A stretch of DNA of 64,000 bases, from positions 1 to 64,000 of the forward strand of contig CAVYBU010000007.1 in the NCBI GenBank assembly GCA_963766735.1. Reading direction: 5' to 3'. The notes under the pieces are model-generated. The model was not told where the DNA came from. It did no database searches and saw nothing but the letters and a program-made list of their open reading frames with translations. Positions 1-8,179 of this stretch are shown here, in pieces. The number at the start of each line of letters is the position of its first letter. Position 1 is the first letter of the stretch. The stretch is from an uncultured Chloroflexia bacterium. Lineage in GTDB: Bacteria; Chloroflexota; Limnocylindria; Limnocylindrales; CSP1-4. A program made the position numbers and the translations under genes.

Positions 1-198
1 GGGGCGCCAGAAATACGCATGGGACCATCGTCTCGTTTCACCTCCAAGGTTGGCCATAGCCATCGATGGGCCGTTCCGACCAGAATCGCCACACCGTGTG
101 GGGGGACCAACTCCCGATCCCAAGCTCCGGCCGCATATCTAGGTTCGTGCCCACCAGCGCGACCGACCCGTACAGGCGTCCCAGGAAGGGAACATGTC

Positions 199-1653
199 TT
201 GAGGCGCCTGCTTGCTCTTCTCATGGGAACTGCTCTGGTGGTGGCGACGGGCGTCATCCCCGCATCGGCTGCGCGGCCGCCGGCCGCCGCATGCGTCGGC
301 CTCGTCACCAGTACCCTCTCAGTGAACGGCTACCAGCCCGGCTCGCTCGCCAGGTCGACCGAGACCTCGGCCGACTGGATCAGCCGAGCGATCCAGAACG
401 CGTGCCGCGCCGGCACGCCAGCCCCACTGGTCGCAGCCCAGGTCCTCGCCGACCAGCAGGTCGCCGTCAATGACATCGCGACCTTCCTCAGCGTCGGCTT
501 CCAGGAGCCTCCGTTCGGAACGGCTTCCGTTCTCCAGGCGGTCGGGTTCGACGGCAGTGACATCGCGACGGCGCTCCGCGCCGTCTTCGCGTCGACCGAC
601 GGTGCAACGGCCGCCATCCTCGCCGACCTCGGGTTCGACGCGACATCCGTCGCCGGTGCCCTGCTCGACGCCTTCGACTCGGATGCCCCGACGACCGTCG
701 GGCTCCTCGCGCAGCAAGGATTCGCCGTGCCGCAGGTGGCCGCCGCGCTGCGTGACGCACGACAGGCCTCCGCGGCGGAGAGCGGGTTCTGGCTTCTCAC
801 CGCCTTCCGCTTCAGCGACATCCCCGAGGCGCTGGAGGACGCGTACGCGGTCTCCGAGGAGTGGGCGATCGGTGCCTGGGAATCGACCCGGGAGTGGGGC
901 ATCGAGTTCGGGACGAAGTTCGCCGACGAGGTGATGTCGGTGAAGGACGACATCTGCGACGAACTGGTGTTCGAGGAGAAGTCGATGTGCGAGTCCGAGT
1001 TCTGGACCCTCAGGAACGTCTGGGACTGGCAGTGGTTCAATACCAAGGAGTACTACCGCACCTGCTGGGACCCGGAGTATCCCTGGGACATCGACGATGA
1101 AGACCCCTTGTGCGTCGCCGCATCCTATGCGGGGTCGTTCTATCGAGGCATCGGCGTCCCTGCCTACGAGTGGGCCGTTAGGTCATACGACTGGCTCCAG
1201 GACCCCGAACTCGATACGCCGCTGTGGCTGACGAATGCGCTGCACGAGATCGGCTACGGTGCGTCCGAGACCGCCGAGGCCCTCAAGGACGTCTACGAGG
1301 TGAGCGCCGACTGGGTCGTGGGCGCCTACCACACCGTCGGCTACGGTGCGTCCGAGACCGCCGAGGCCCTCAGGGACGCCTACGGGGTGAGCGCCGACTG
1401 GGTCGTGGGCGCCTACCACACCGTCGGCTACGGTGCGTCCGAGACCGCCGAGGCCCTCAGGGACGTCTACGAGGTGAGCGCGACCTGGGTCGCCCAGGCC
1501 TTGAAGGACGTCGGCTACGCGGCGAACGAGGCCGGTGAGGCCCTCAAGGACGCCTACAACTGGACCGAGGCGCAGGTGAACGCATTCATTGACGATCTCT
1601 ACGACATCGGCGACGACATCGGCGACTGGTTCTGCGGCTGGTGGGGCTGCTGA
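199..1653 (+). CDS. Secreted helical-repeat protein (29-aa repeats, Trp/Cys-rich middle)
   Basis: In-frame TTG at 199 after AGGAAGG; signal peptide MRRLLALLMGTALVVATGVIPASA; 29-aa periodicity in both N-terminal (GFDGSDIATALRAVF...) and C-terminal (GYGASETAEALKDVY...) halves. Confidence 0.75.
   Translation: MRRLLALLMGTALVVATGVIPASAARPPAAACVGLVTSTLSVNGYQPGSLARSTETSADWISRAIQNACRAGTPAPLVAAQVLADQQVAVNDIATFLSVGFQEPPFGTASVLQAVGFDGSDIATALRAVFASTDGATAAILADLGFDATSVAGALLDAFDSDAPTTVGLLAQQGFAVPQVAAALRDARQASAAESGFWLLTAFRFSDIPEALEDAYAVSEEWAIGAWESTREWGIEFGTKFADEVMSVKDDICDELVFEEKSMCESEFWTLRNVWDWQWFNTKEYYRTCWDPEYPWDIDDEDPLCVAASYAGSFYRGIGVPAYEWAVRSYDWLQDPELDTPLWLTNALHEIGYGASETAEALKDVYEVSADWVVGAYHTVGYGASETAEALRDAYGVSADWVVGAYHTVGYGASETAEALRDVYEVSATWVAQALKDVGYAANEAGEALKDAYNWTEAQVNAFIDDLYDIGDDIGDWFCGWWGC
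1251..1560 (+). repeat. 87-bp coding tandem repeat, about 3.5 copies
   Basis: CGGCTACGGTGCGTCCGAGACCGCCGAGGCCCTCA starts at 1251, 1338 and 1425; degenerate copy at 1512. Confidence 0.95.
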
Positions 1654-1751
1654 TCCCCGCCCGACGCTCGACCATCCACGTCTCGGCACCGTCCCACAAC
1701 GCCGTCGAGCCACGCTGACGCCCCTCGCTGGTGGCCTGCGTCTCCCCGCCC

Positions 1752-1792
1752 CGCGCCTGACCGATCGGCGGGGCCAGCGGGCGACCGGGGGT
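1752..1792. repeat. GC-rich bulged hairpin, family 1 copy A
   Basis: CGCGCCTGACCGATCGGC(A/G)GGGCCAGCGGGCGACCGGGGG, recurring at 2463, 2842, 3740 (truncated) and 6771 (degenerate). Confidence 0.85.
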
Positions 1793-1818
1793 GCAACAAT
1801 CCGCCGTCTGGCGCGTCA
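1793..1818 (+). promoter_or_regulatory. Putative ECF-sigma promoter GCAAC-N16-CGTCA
   Basis: Same AAC-N16-CGT spacing at 2883, 3867 and 8145; -10 begins 15 nt before the riboswitch-like leader. Confidence 0.6.
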
Positions 1819-1828
1819 CTGGTCTGTA

Positions 1829-1903
1829 GCGGGAGGCCGAGACACGCGGTCCATCACTGCCGGCCGCCGGGTCCGTGACGAGCCACTGGCCAGACCGACC
1901 CGC
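1829..1903 (+). ncRNA. c-di-GMP-II-like riboswitch (GAG-type variant), copy 1
   Basis: P1 GCGGG/CCCGC, P2 GGC/GCC, P3 stem, loop GGCCGCC, 3' end GACCGACCC; 20 nt upstream of CDS 1924. Confidence 0.7.
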
Positions 1904-1923
1904 GCTGCCGTTGGGAGGAAGCC

Positions 1924-2451
1924 ATGCGCAACCTTGCGACCCTGAACCTCGAGGGTGCTCGGCGGCTTCCGCGTGTTGCTGCCGGCCTGGCGGTAATCGT
2001 GCTGCTGGCCGGTTGTGGCGGGAGCGGCCACGTCATCCACGTGAACCTCGCCGTGCCGCTCGCCTCGACCGCGGAGTTCGGTTCAACCTGCGACGCAGCC
2101 GCCCTGGGCGCGACGGGGCCGATAGCCGCGACGATCCCCGGGTCGTCCCTGCAGCTCTTCGACTTCGACCGGTGGGACGTGCCCCCCCCTGATCCAGGCG
2201 AGACGAGGAGGCCGCTCACGGTCGTGGGCGAGCAGACCGTCCCAGCTACCGGCACCGTCGTGCAGGCCATCAGCGACGACCCGGGGTTCCCAGCGGCCTG
2301 TCGTTTCACGTTCGACGTGCCGACGACCGCCGACGTCAAGACCGCATACGCGGTTTCCGTCGGTACGGTCTACCTGCCGATCCCGCTGATGCAGCGCGAC
2401 GATCTGGAGGCCGCGGGCTGGGTCGCCAACATCGGCGTCAATCCCCAGTAG
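1924..2451 (+). CDS. Lipoprotein of unknown function; paralog of the C-terminal domain of 3923..4966
   Basis: RBS GGGAGG; lipobox LLAG-C; shared domain GSGHVIHVNLAVPLAS...GWVANIGVNP. Confidence 0.8.
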   Translation: MRNLATLNLEGARRLPRVAAGLAVIVLLAGCGGSGHVIHVNLAVPLASTAEFGSTCDAAALGATGPIAATIPGSSLQLFDFDRWDVPPPDPGETRRPLTVVGEQTVPATGTVVQAISDDPGFPAACRFTFDVPTTADVKTAYAVSVGTVYLPIPLMQRDDLEAAGWVANIGVNPQ

Positions 2452-2462
2452 GCGTCCGCACT

Positions 2463-2503
2463 GCGCCTGACCGATCGGCAGGACCAGCGGGCGACCGGGG
2501 GCG
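2463..2503. repeat. GC-rich bulged hairpin, family 1 copy B
   Basis: GCGCCTGACCGATCGGCAGGACCAGCGGGCGACCGGGGGCG, 12 nt after the stop of 1924..2451. Confidence 0.85.
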
Positions 2504-2516
2504 CATCATGTCCGGC

Positions 2517-2665
2517 ATGAGCGACGACCCCGCCGCCCTGCGCAACCGCGACCTCCCGCTCGCCGCCTGGCATTCCTGGCCGGCGCGGAGGAGGACGCGC
2601 GGGAGACGCGCGACCGGGGACTGACCCTCGAGGAGGTGCGCGCGGCGATGGGTCACCGAGATGAT
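2517..2665 (+). pseudogene. Frameshifted remnant of a small hypothetical gene
   Basis: MSDDPAALRNRDLPLA, then in a shifted frame RLAFLAGAEEDARETRDRGLTLEEVRAAM; coding-like. Confidence 0.35.
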
Positions 2666-2671
2666 GCGGGA

Positions 2672-2767
2672 ATGTCTAGGCGGAGCCGCCTTGTGGTGCT
2701 CCTGCTGCTATTTGCAGCGATCGTCGCCTTCACCGTGTTCGCAAGCTGGTGGATCGGGACGCCGTAG
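2672..2767 (+). CDS. 31-aa single-TM small protein
   Basis: MSRRSRLVVLLLLFAAIVAFTVFASWWIGTP*: basic N-terminus followed by a hydrophobic helix. Confidence 0.4.
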   Translation: MSRRSRLVVLLLLFAAIVAFTVFASWWIGTP

Positions 2768-2827
2768 GCCGGGCGGCGGGCATGGCCGCGATGTGACGGC
2801 TCCGGGATCGTCGAGTAGTCCGGACCA

Positions 2828-2883
2828 CGCCCCCTGCCCACCGCGCCTGACCGATCGGCAGGGCCAGCGGGCGACCGGGGGCG
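2828..2883. repeat. GC-rich bulged hairpin, family 1 copy C
   Basis: CGCCCCC...CGCGCCTGACCGATCGGCAGGGCCAGCGGGCGACCGGGGGCG with terminal CGCCCCC/GGGGGCG arms. Confidence 0.85.
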
Positions 2884-2908
2884 TAACAATCCGCCGTCCT
2901 CGGCGTTA
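2883..2908 (+). promoter_or_regulatory. Putative ECF-sigma promoter GTAAC-N16-CGTTA
   Basis: Typical ECF -35/-10 spacing; -10 begins 15 nt before riboswitch copy 2. Confidence 0.6.
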
Positions 2909-2918
2909 CTGGTCTGCA

Positions 2919-2993
2919 GCGGGAGGCTGAGACACGCGGTCCATCACCCACGGCCGCCGGGACCGCGCCGAGCCACTGGCGAGACCGACCCGC
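2919..2993 (+). ncRNA. c-di-GMP-II-like riboswitch (GAG-type variant), copy 2
   Basis: GCGGGAGGCTGAGACACGCGGTCC-ATCACCCAC-GGCCGCC-GGGACCGCG-CCGAGCCACT-GGCGAGACCGACCCGC; P1-P3 plus CGCC/GGCG pseudoknot. Confidence 0.75.
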
Positions 2994-3020
2994 AGGGGGC
3001 GTCCCTGGGAGGCACGTCAT

Positions 3021-3716
3021 ATGCGCAAGAGCTTCAGTGCTCTCGTCGCTGCCATAGCCGGGATGGCGCTGCTGGCCGGCTGTGCCGGTGGCACGCCGGC
3101 GTCCGACCCGGCAACAGCGTCATCGGCCAACATTCCTTCCGCCACCGCGTCGCCCACATCGACGCCATCGGCGCCGAGTCCGCCGGCAGGCATGGGGTCC
3201 GCCTCGATGACCCTACCGGCAAACTGGACCGAGATCGAGATGACCGAGGCCGCGCTGAGGAACTACCTCGAGGCCGCTGGCGACGCCAACCCGGAGTTCG
3301 TTGCCGTGCTCGAAGGCCTGATCGCCAGCGCCGGTTACGACCAGTACGCGTTCTGGGCGATGGGCTACAGGGACGGCGTCTATATCGGCAATCTGAACAT
3401 CACCCAGTCCCCATCGGAGGGCCTGTCGCTCGACGGGGCTGAGCCGATGCTCCTGGCACAGATGAACCAGATTCCCGGCTACTCGGATGTCAACTCGAGC
3501 CGAGCGGACCTGCCAATCGGCGAAGCCCTGCTGATCACGGCCGTGGTGACAACGAGCAGCGGCCAGGCCGACAGCGATATCGTGCAAGCCCAGCGCGGCT
3601 ACTTTCTCATCCAGAACGACGTGTTCTACGGCGTGGTGTTCTCGTGCGCCCAAGGCAATGACACGTGTCTCACTGATGCCGAGGCGATGGTCAAGACTCT
3701 CGTCATCGCGCCGTAG
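3021..3716 (+). CDS. Lipoprotein of unknown function
   Basis: RBS GGGAGG; lipobox LLAG-C; Pro/Ser/Thr linker then a globular domain with a Cys pair. Confidence 0.85.
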   Translation: MRKSFSALVAAIAGMALLAGCAGGTPASDPATASSANIPSATASPTSTPSAPSPPAGMGSASMTLPANWTEIEMTEAALRNYLEAAGDANPEFVAVLEGLIASAGYDQYAFWAMGYRDGVYIGNLNITQSPSEGLSLDGAEPMLLAQMNQIPGYSDVNSSRADLPIGEALLITAVVTTSSGQADSDIVQAQRGYFLIQNDVFYGVVFSCAQGNDTCLTDAEAMVKTLVIAP

Positions 3717-3763
3717 CCTCGACGCACCAGTCTCTGCTCCGCGCCTGACCGATCGGCAGGGCC

Positions 3764-3849
3764 AGCGGCCTGACCTACTCCGGCACCCCGCCCTCGCGGA
3801 TCAGCCGGAGGCAGCGCGCCAGCTCGCGGATGACCTCCAGCTCGGTCGG
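3764..3849. repeat. About 86-bp direct repeat, second copy 5053-5138; 3' end of a small minus-strand gene
   Basis: AGCGGCCTGACCTACTCCGGCACC...AGCTCGGTCGG; minus strand encodes APTELEVIRELARCLRLIREG.VPE*. Confidence 0.9.
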
Positions 3850-3866
3850 CGCGAGGGCCGCGGAAT

Positions 3867-3892
3867 CGAACAGGGAGTGAGCCCGAGCGTCC
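3867..3892 (+). promoter_or_regulatory. Putative ECF-sigma promoter CGAAC-N16-CGTCC
   Basis: Same spacing as the other array promoters, about 30 nt upstream of ATG 3923. Confidence 0.5.
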
Positions 3893-3922
3893 CTGCTGGT
3901 GCACCGCACCGAGGTACCTGAG

Positions 3923-4966
3923 ATGAGCTCCCTGTTCTCGCGCTTCGCAGCAGCGATCACGGTCGGCCTCCTGGCCGCGGCCTGCTCGGCCGCCGCGACC
4001 CCGAGCCCCACGTCGACTCCTGTCGCATCCCCGCCAGCTCCCGCCACGATCCTGGTGGATCCGACGCCCGTGGCGACCGAGGTGCCCCCTGGGACGACCT
4101 CGCCGCTGGAGCGCCCGGGCGCGAGCGGTGCGGCGAAGCTCAGCGGCGCGATCTTCGGGCTGTTCTCGATCCGGGGTGACGAGTGCCCGACCCCGGAGCA
4201 TCCCGACGGATTGCTGTCGGGGATGGGGGAGAACGGCGAGACGGCGCTCGAGGTGACCATTCGGCCCGACGCGACCGCGCGCTTCGTGTTCTACCCGACA
4301 CCCGGCGACGAGAGCGACTCCATTGCGGCTACCGTCCCGGCATCGCCCCAGGTCGCCGGCGACGGGTGGGCAGTCGCCCTCCAGGCATCTCCCGCGGGGA
4401 TCGGGCCGGTCACCCTCGACGTCGAGTGGACCTGCGATGCCGCCACGGCCACGGCGTCACCCGGATCCCTCGGGAGCGGCCACGTCATCCACGTGAACCT
4501 CGCCGTGCCGCTCGCCTCGGCTGCGGCTCTCGGTTCAACCTGCGACGCAACAGCCCTGCGGGCGACGGGGCCAGTGGCGGCGACGATCCCCGGGTCGCGA
4601 CTGTCGTTCTTCGACTTCGACCAGCCGCTCGACATGTTCGACCCGGCGGACGAGCCGAACGAAACGCCGCCAGAAGGCAGCAGCCCTCGGGCAACCGTGG
4701 TGCCGGAGGAGCCCAACGAGACAAAGGTGCCGTTCATTCCCCTCGGCGAGCAGACGGTGCCGGAAACCGGCACGCTCGTGAAGCCCATCAGCGACGATCC
4801 GGGCTTCCCAGCGGCGTGTCTGTTCAGCTTCGACGTGTCGACGACCGCCGACGTCAAGAAGGCGTACGTGTTCTCGGTCGGGTCCGTCTACTTCCCGGTC
4901 CCGCTCATCCTGCGTTCCGATCTGGAGGCCGCGGGCTGGGTTGCCAACATCGGCGTCAATCCCTAG
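3923..4966 (+). CDS. Two-domain lipoprotein of unknown function
   Basis: RBS GAGG; lipobox LAAA-C; C-terminal domain paralogous to 1924..2451. Confidence 0.8.
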   Translation: MSSLFSRFAAAITVGLLAAACSAAATPSPTSTPVASPPAPATILVDPTPVATEVPPGTTSPLERPGASGAAKLSGAIFGLFSIRGDECPTPEHPDGLLSGMGENGETALEVTIRPDATARFVFYPTPGDESDSIAATVPASPQVAGDGWAVALQASPAGIGPVTLDVEWTCDAATATASPGSLGSGHVIHVNLAVPLASAAALGSTCDATALRATGPVAATIPGSRLSFFDFDQPLDMFDPADEPNETPPEGSSPRATVVPEEPNETKVPFIPLGEQTVPETGTLVKPISDDPGFPAACLFSFDVSTTADVKKAYVFSVGSVYFPVPLILRSDLEAAGWVANIGVNP

Positions 4967-5063
4967 CAGCCCAAGCCTGCCCTTCGCGACGTCCTTGGCG
5001 TCACCGGCGATGCGCCCGGCCGATCGAGTTGAGCCGGAGAGGTGTTGGGTCTAGCGGCCTGAC

Positions 5064-5311
5064 CTACTCCGGCACCAGCCCCTCGCGGATCAGCCGGAGG
5101 CAGCGCGCCAGCTCGCGGATGACCTCTAGCTCGGTCGGAGCAACTGCGGTCCACTCCCGCGAACGGACACCGGCCCGAGCCCGCTCGCGGGGGTCAAAGG
5201 CGTACTGCTCCCACACCTTGCGCCCCTGGTCGTAGGACGGCCGCCCGACGAACCAGCGGGAGGCGTGGCGTCGTCGAGGTCGCTCCAAGCGTCCTCGAGG
5301 TCGGCGGGCAT
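5064..5311 (-). pseudogene. Small hypothetical gene with a frameshift near 5258
   Basis: MPADLEDAWSDLDDATP joins, in another frame, WFVGRPSYDQGRKVWEQYAFDP...APTELEVIRELARCLRLIREGLVPE*. Confidence 0.6.
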
Positions 5312-5535
5312 GGCCGCGATGGTACGGCTCCGCGGTCGCCGCCGAGCGCGGTCGCCGGCCAGGTCGCGCGGCAGGGACGGGGGCTACTTCAGATCGGCGA
5401 CGGCCTGACCCTACTTCGTCGCGTCTGCCTCGGGGAGATCGCCGTTGATCTGCACAAGGACGAGCACCGGGATCGCGCAACAAGTCCGACATTCGCGCCG
5501 AACCAGACGGCCTTCTCGAGCATCTCTTGTAGGTA

Positions 5536-5610
5536 GCGGGAGGCTTTGACGCGCGGCCCATCACCCACGGTCGCCGGGACCGCGCCGAGCCACTGGCGAG
5601 ACCGCCCCGC
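5536..5610 (+). ncRNA. c-di-GMP-II-like riboswitch (GAG-type variant), copy 3
   Basis: GCGGGAGGCTTTGACGCGCGGCCC...GGTCGCC-GGGACCGCG-CCGAGCCACTGGCGAGACCGCCCCGC; pseudoknot TCGCC/GGCGA. Confidence 0.75.
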
Positions 5611-5658
5611 GACGAGATCGGTGGCACGTGAGCGGCCGCCGATATAGGAGGCGGGCCG

Positions 5659-6123
5659 ATGAACCGGCGGTTTGTCGCAGTGGCACTTGGGAGCGTCCTG
5701 GCGCTCGGACTCGTCGCGCCGGTCGCCGCGAAGCCGACGATGATCCCGATCTCGGGTGACGACACGGGTGCAGTCGTGCTTGAAGAGGGCAGGACGTGGG
5801 TCTCCGGCCCGCTGACGCATGTCCGCGGCTGGTCGGCGGAGTACACCACCACCGGCGGGGAGCTTGTGAACGGGACGAGCATCATCGTCGCTAATTGGAA
5901 CATCGACGCAACGGGCGACGGGACCATGTGGGGCACCACGGAGCTGACGCTCACGTCCGGGACCGGCGGATGGCACGAGACCTGGGTCGCGAAGTTCGAG
6001 GGCGGGTCCTGGGCAGGCTGGGGCGTCGGCCGCGGGTGGGGCGATCTGGACGGCATGAGGATCCGGCTAGACGTGTTCGCAACGGGTCCATTCTCGGATC
6101 ACTTCGAGGGGTACGTCTTCTAG
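5659..6123 (+). CDS. Secreted Gly/Trp/Thr-rich beta protein of unknown function
   Basis: RBS AGGAGG; signal peptide MNRRFVAVALGSVLALGLVAPVAA. Confidence 0.85.
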   Translation: MNRRFVAVALGSVLALGLVAPVAAKPTMIPISGDDTGAVVLEEGRTWVSGPLTHVRGWSAEYTTTGGELVNGTSIIVANWNIDATGDGTMWGTTELTLTSGTGGWHETWVAKFEGGSWAGWGVGRGWGDLDGMRIRLDVFATGPFSDHFEGYVF

Positions 6124-6180
6124 GTCACGAGCAGACGGAATTTCGACGATCCGGGCGGGCGGGGGAGCGGGGGCATCCCT

Positions 6181-6239
6181 GGAGGCTCTACGCGGGGTCC
6201 GTGCTCCGGGACCGTGCGGAGCCACTGGCGAAACCGAGC
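6181..6239 (+). ncRNA. Degenerate riboswitch-like copy lacking the pseudoknot loop, with no downstream sense gene
   Basis: GGAGGCTCTACGCGGGGTCC..GGGACCGTGCGGAGCCACTGGCGAAACCG. Confidence 0.45.
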
Positions 6240-6628
6240 TAGCCCGAGGCGTCCTCAACGTCCATGCGGTCGGCGGCATCGCGGGCGGCATCGCTCGGCG
6301 TGCCGATGGAGCCCGGGTCGGCGAGCTCGTCGCGACGGATGCTGCTGCCGTACGGCTCGGCCAGCGCGGCCATTGCCGCCATGCTCCCGGCGACATTCGA
6401 CACGGGGCCAACACCTGACGGGACCGGCAATGGGATGTGGAGCGGCCGGTCCGCGTAGGCCTGCTGACCCGGATCCACGATCGTGACGCCGGCGATGGCG
6501 ACGCCATCGATCGATTCGCGCTGGGCAAGAGAGCCACCGCAGGCGGGACAGTGCGACGTTGCGGACGACACGGGCGTCGAGCACCACGGACATGCGCGCT
6601 TCTCGCCTGTCACATTTGCGTTGGTCAC
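6239..6628 (-). CDS. Zinc-ribbon domain protein
   Basis: CPWC...CPAC motif. Confidence 0.7.
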   Translation of the reverse strand: MTNANVTGEKRACPWCSTPVSSATSHCPACGGSLAQRESIDGVAIAGVTIVDPGQQAYADRPLHIPLPVPSGVGPVSNVAGSMAAMAALAEPYGSSIRRDELADPGSIGTPSDAARDAADRMDVEDASG

Positions 6629-6868
6629 TGGTGGCTTGCCTCCGGCTGGTGCGAAAGGACAGTAGCAGCCGGGTCCAGCCCCGCCGTCGGCTGCAGCACC
6701 TGTTGGGGGGCCGCGGTCTCGCTCGAACCGTGATCGCGAGGGACGTGGCCCCCGAATCGCGGTCCGATCGGCGCCTGACCGACCGGCACGGCCGTCGGGC
6801 GACCGCGGGCCGTTTGGGCCCTATGCCCCTTGGGATTGAGCGCGGCTGCGCCAGACTGTGCGACATAC

Positions 6869-6942
6869 GCGGGAGGCTCTGACACGCGGCCCACCACCCA
6901 CGGCCGCCGGGACCACGCCGAGCCACTGGCGAGACCGACCGC
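6869..6942 (+). ncRNA. c-di-GMP-II-like riboswitch (GAG-type variant), copy 4
   Basis: Same motif ending GAGCCACTGGCGAGACCGACC; upstream of 6982. Confidence 0.7.
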
Positions 6943-6981
6943 TCGTGGGGCTTCCGCCCTATCCGATGAGAGGAGAGAGCG

Positions 6982-7209
6982 ATGAGCGAGCACTTCGACA
7001 GGTTCATGGAAGGCTGGGACAAGGGCAACGTGGAGCTGCTCCTGAGTGCCTGTGCCGAGGACTTCGTGTTCGACGACGCCATTGACGGGCGCTTCACGAA
7101 AGCCAAGTTCCCGGCCTACTTCGAGTCTCTGGCGAAGGTAGGACGCGACGGCGTCCACTCGCAGAGGGTGACCTACTACGCACGTGAGCCTCATATCGCT
7201 TCAAGGTGA
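6982..7209 (+). CDS. SnoaL/NTF2-like protein, short and possibly internally deleted
   Basis: RBS GAGGAG; FMEGWDKGNVELLLSACAEDFVFDD is a typical NTF2-like N-terminus, but the ORF is only 75 aa. Confidence 0.55.
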   Translation: MSEHFDRFMEGWDKGNVELLLSACAEDFVFDDAIDGRFTKAKFPAYFESLAKVGRDGVHSQRVTYYAREPHIASR

Positions 7210-7327
7210 CCAGAGCGGAGACGTCTGCCAGGAGTGGGCGACCGAGGCCGATCGAGCCCTGTTCGGGTAGCCCTTGCATCGCCCCCGGCTCGGCGCGGAG
7301 CGCCCGACCCCGAGGCAGAATGCCCGA

Positions 7328-8053
7328 ATGAAGCGACTCCTGGCGATCGCCCTCCTCGTTTCGGCCTGTGGCGGCACAGTCGAGCCGACGGCGACGGTGA
7401 TGCCTGCCGCAACCCTGGCCCCGATCGTCGCGCCGGTCCCGACGTCGGCCGGTCCCTCGGTGATGCCCGGTATCGTCGGGGACGGGTCGCTCCACGATGC
7501 GGTCGGCGACCTCGTGCACGGCCCCGGCAACCCGGTCAAGACACCTGCATACCTCGACATCCGCGATCTCGAGGTGGTCGCAGACGGCACGACCCTCCGG
7601 CTGACCCTGACCCTCCTGGACGAGCTGCCTCCGCCGGCGCTGGCCGCCGAACGCCTGAACTACAACATCTCGCTGCTCACGGACGCCGATGTCGACCCCG
7701 GGCTCGACGGTCATGGCGGCGGCCACAGTTACACGGTCAGCCTCTCCAGGCTGACCCCGTCGGGAAGCTACCAGCCGACGTTGTGGGACCTACCGGCAGA
7801 TGCCGACACGAGGGCGATCGCCTACAAGGGACACGAGTTCCCCGGGACGGCAGTCGTGGCGGGCGACACGATTGTGTGGACGGTCAGCTTGGCCGCGCTC
7901 GGGAACCCCCACCTGATCCAGCTCAGCGTCACCTCTGTCGCAACCGTAACCTCTGGTTCGGCCGACGTGGTCGGCAGCACCTCCGATCATCTCCCGGAAA
8001 ACGGCCTCGGCGACTGGCTAACCCTCGGCGACCGGCTCGACCTCGGGCACTGA
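7328..8053 (+). CDS. Lipoprotein of unknown function
   Basis: MKRLLAIALLVSA-C lipobox; Pro-rich linker. Confidence 0.8.
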   Translation: MKRLLAIALLVSACGGTVEPTATVMPAATLAPIVAPVPTSAGPSVMPGIVGDGSLHDAVGDLVHGPGNPVKTPAYLDIRDLEVVADGTTLRLTLTLLDELPPPALAAERLNYNISLLTDADVDPGLDGHGGGHSYTVSLSRLTPSGSYQPTLWDLPADADTRAIAYKGHEFPGTAVVAGDTIVWTVSLAALGNPHLIQLSVTSVATVTSGSADVVGSTSDHLPENGLGDWLTLGDRLDLGH

Positions 8054-8089
8054 TCGGACCCCCGGCCCGTGTTGGCGGACGCGTTCGAT

Positions 8090-8145
8090 CCCGGCTCCGC
8101 GCGGAGCGTCCGACCCGCCAGGTCAGCGCCCGGCGACCGGAGGCG
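8090..8145. repeat. GC-rich hairpin, family 2 (other copies 7277-7310 partial and 8787-8850)
   Basis: CCCGGCT.CGCGCGGAGCG.CCGACCCGCCAGGTCAGCGCCCGGCGACCGG.GGCG. Confidence 0.85.
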
Positions 8146-8170
8146 TAACAACGGGCCGCCGTCGGCGTCA
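8145..8170 (+). promoter_or_regulatory. Putative ECF-sigma promoter GTAAC-N16-CGTCA
   Basis: Same motif; -10 begins 14 nt before riboswitch copy 5. Confidence 0.6.
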
Positions 8171-8179
8171 AGTGTCAGA

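Noticed and set aside
19-198. N-terminal extension of the first ORF
   Set aside because: Low-complexity translation; RBS and signal peptide point to TTG 199
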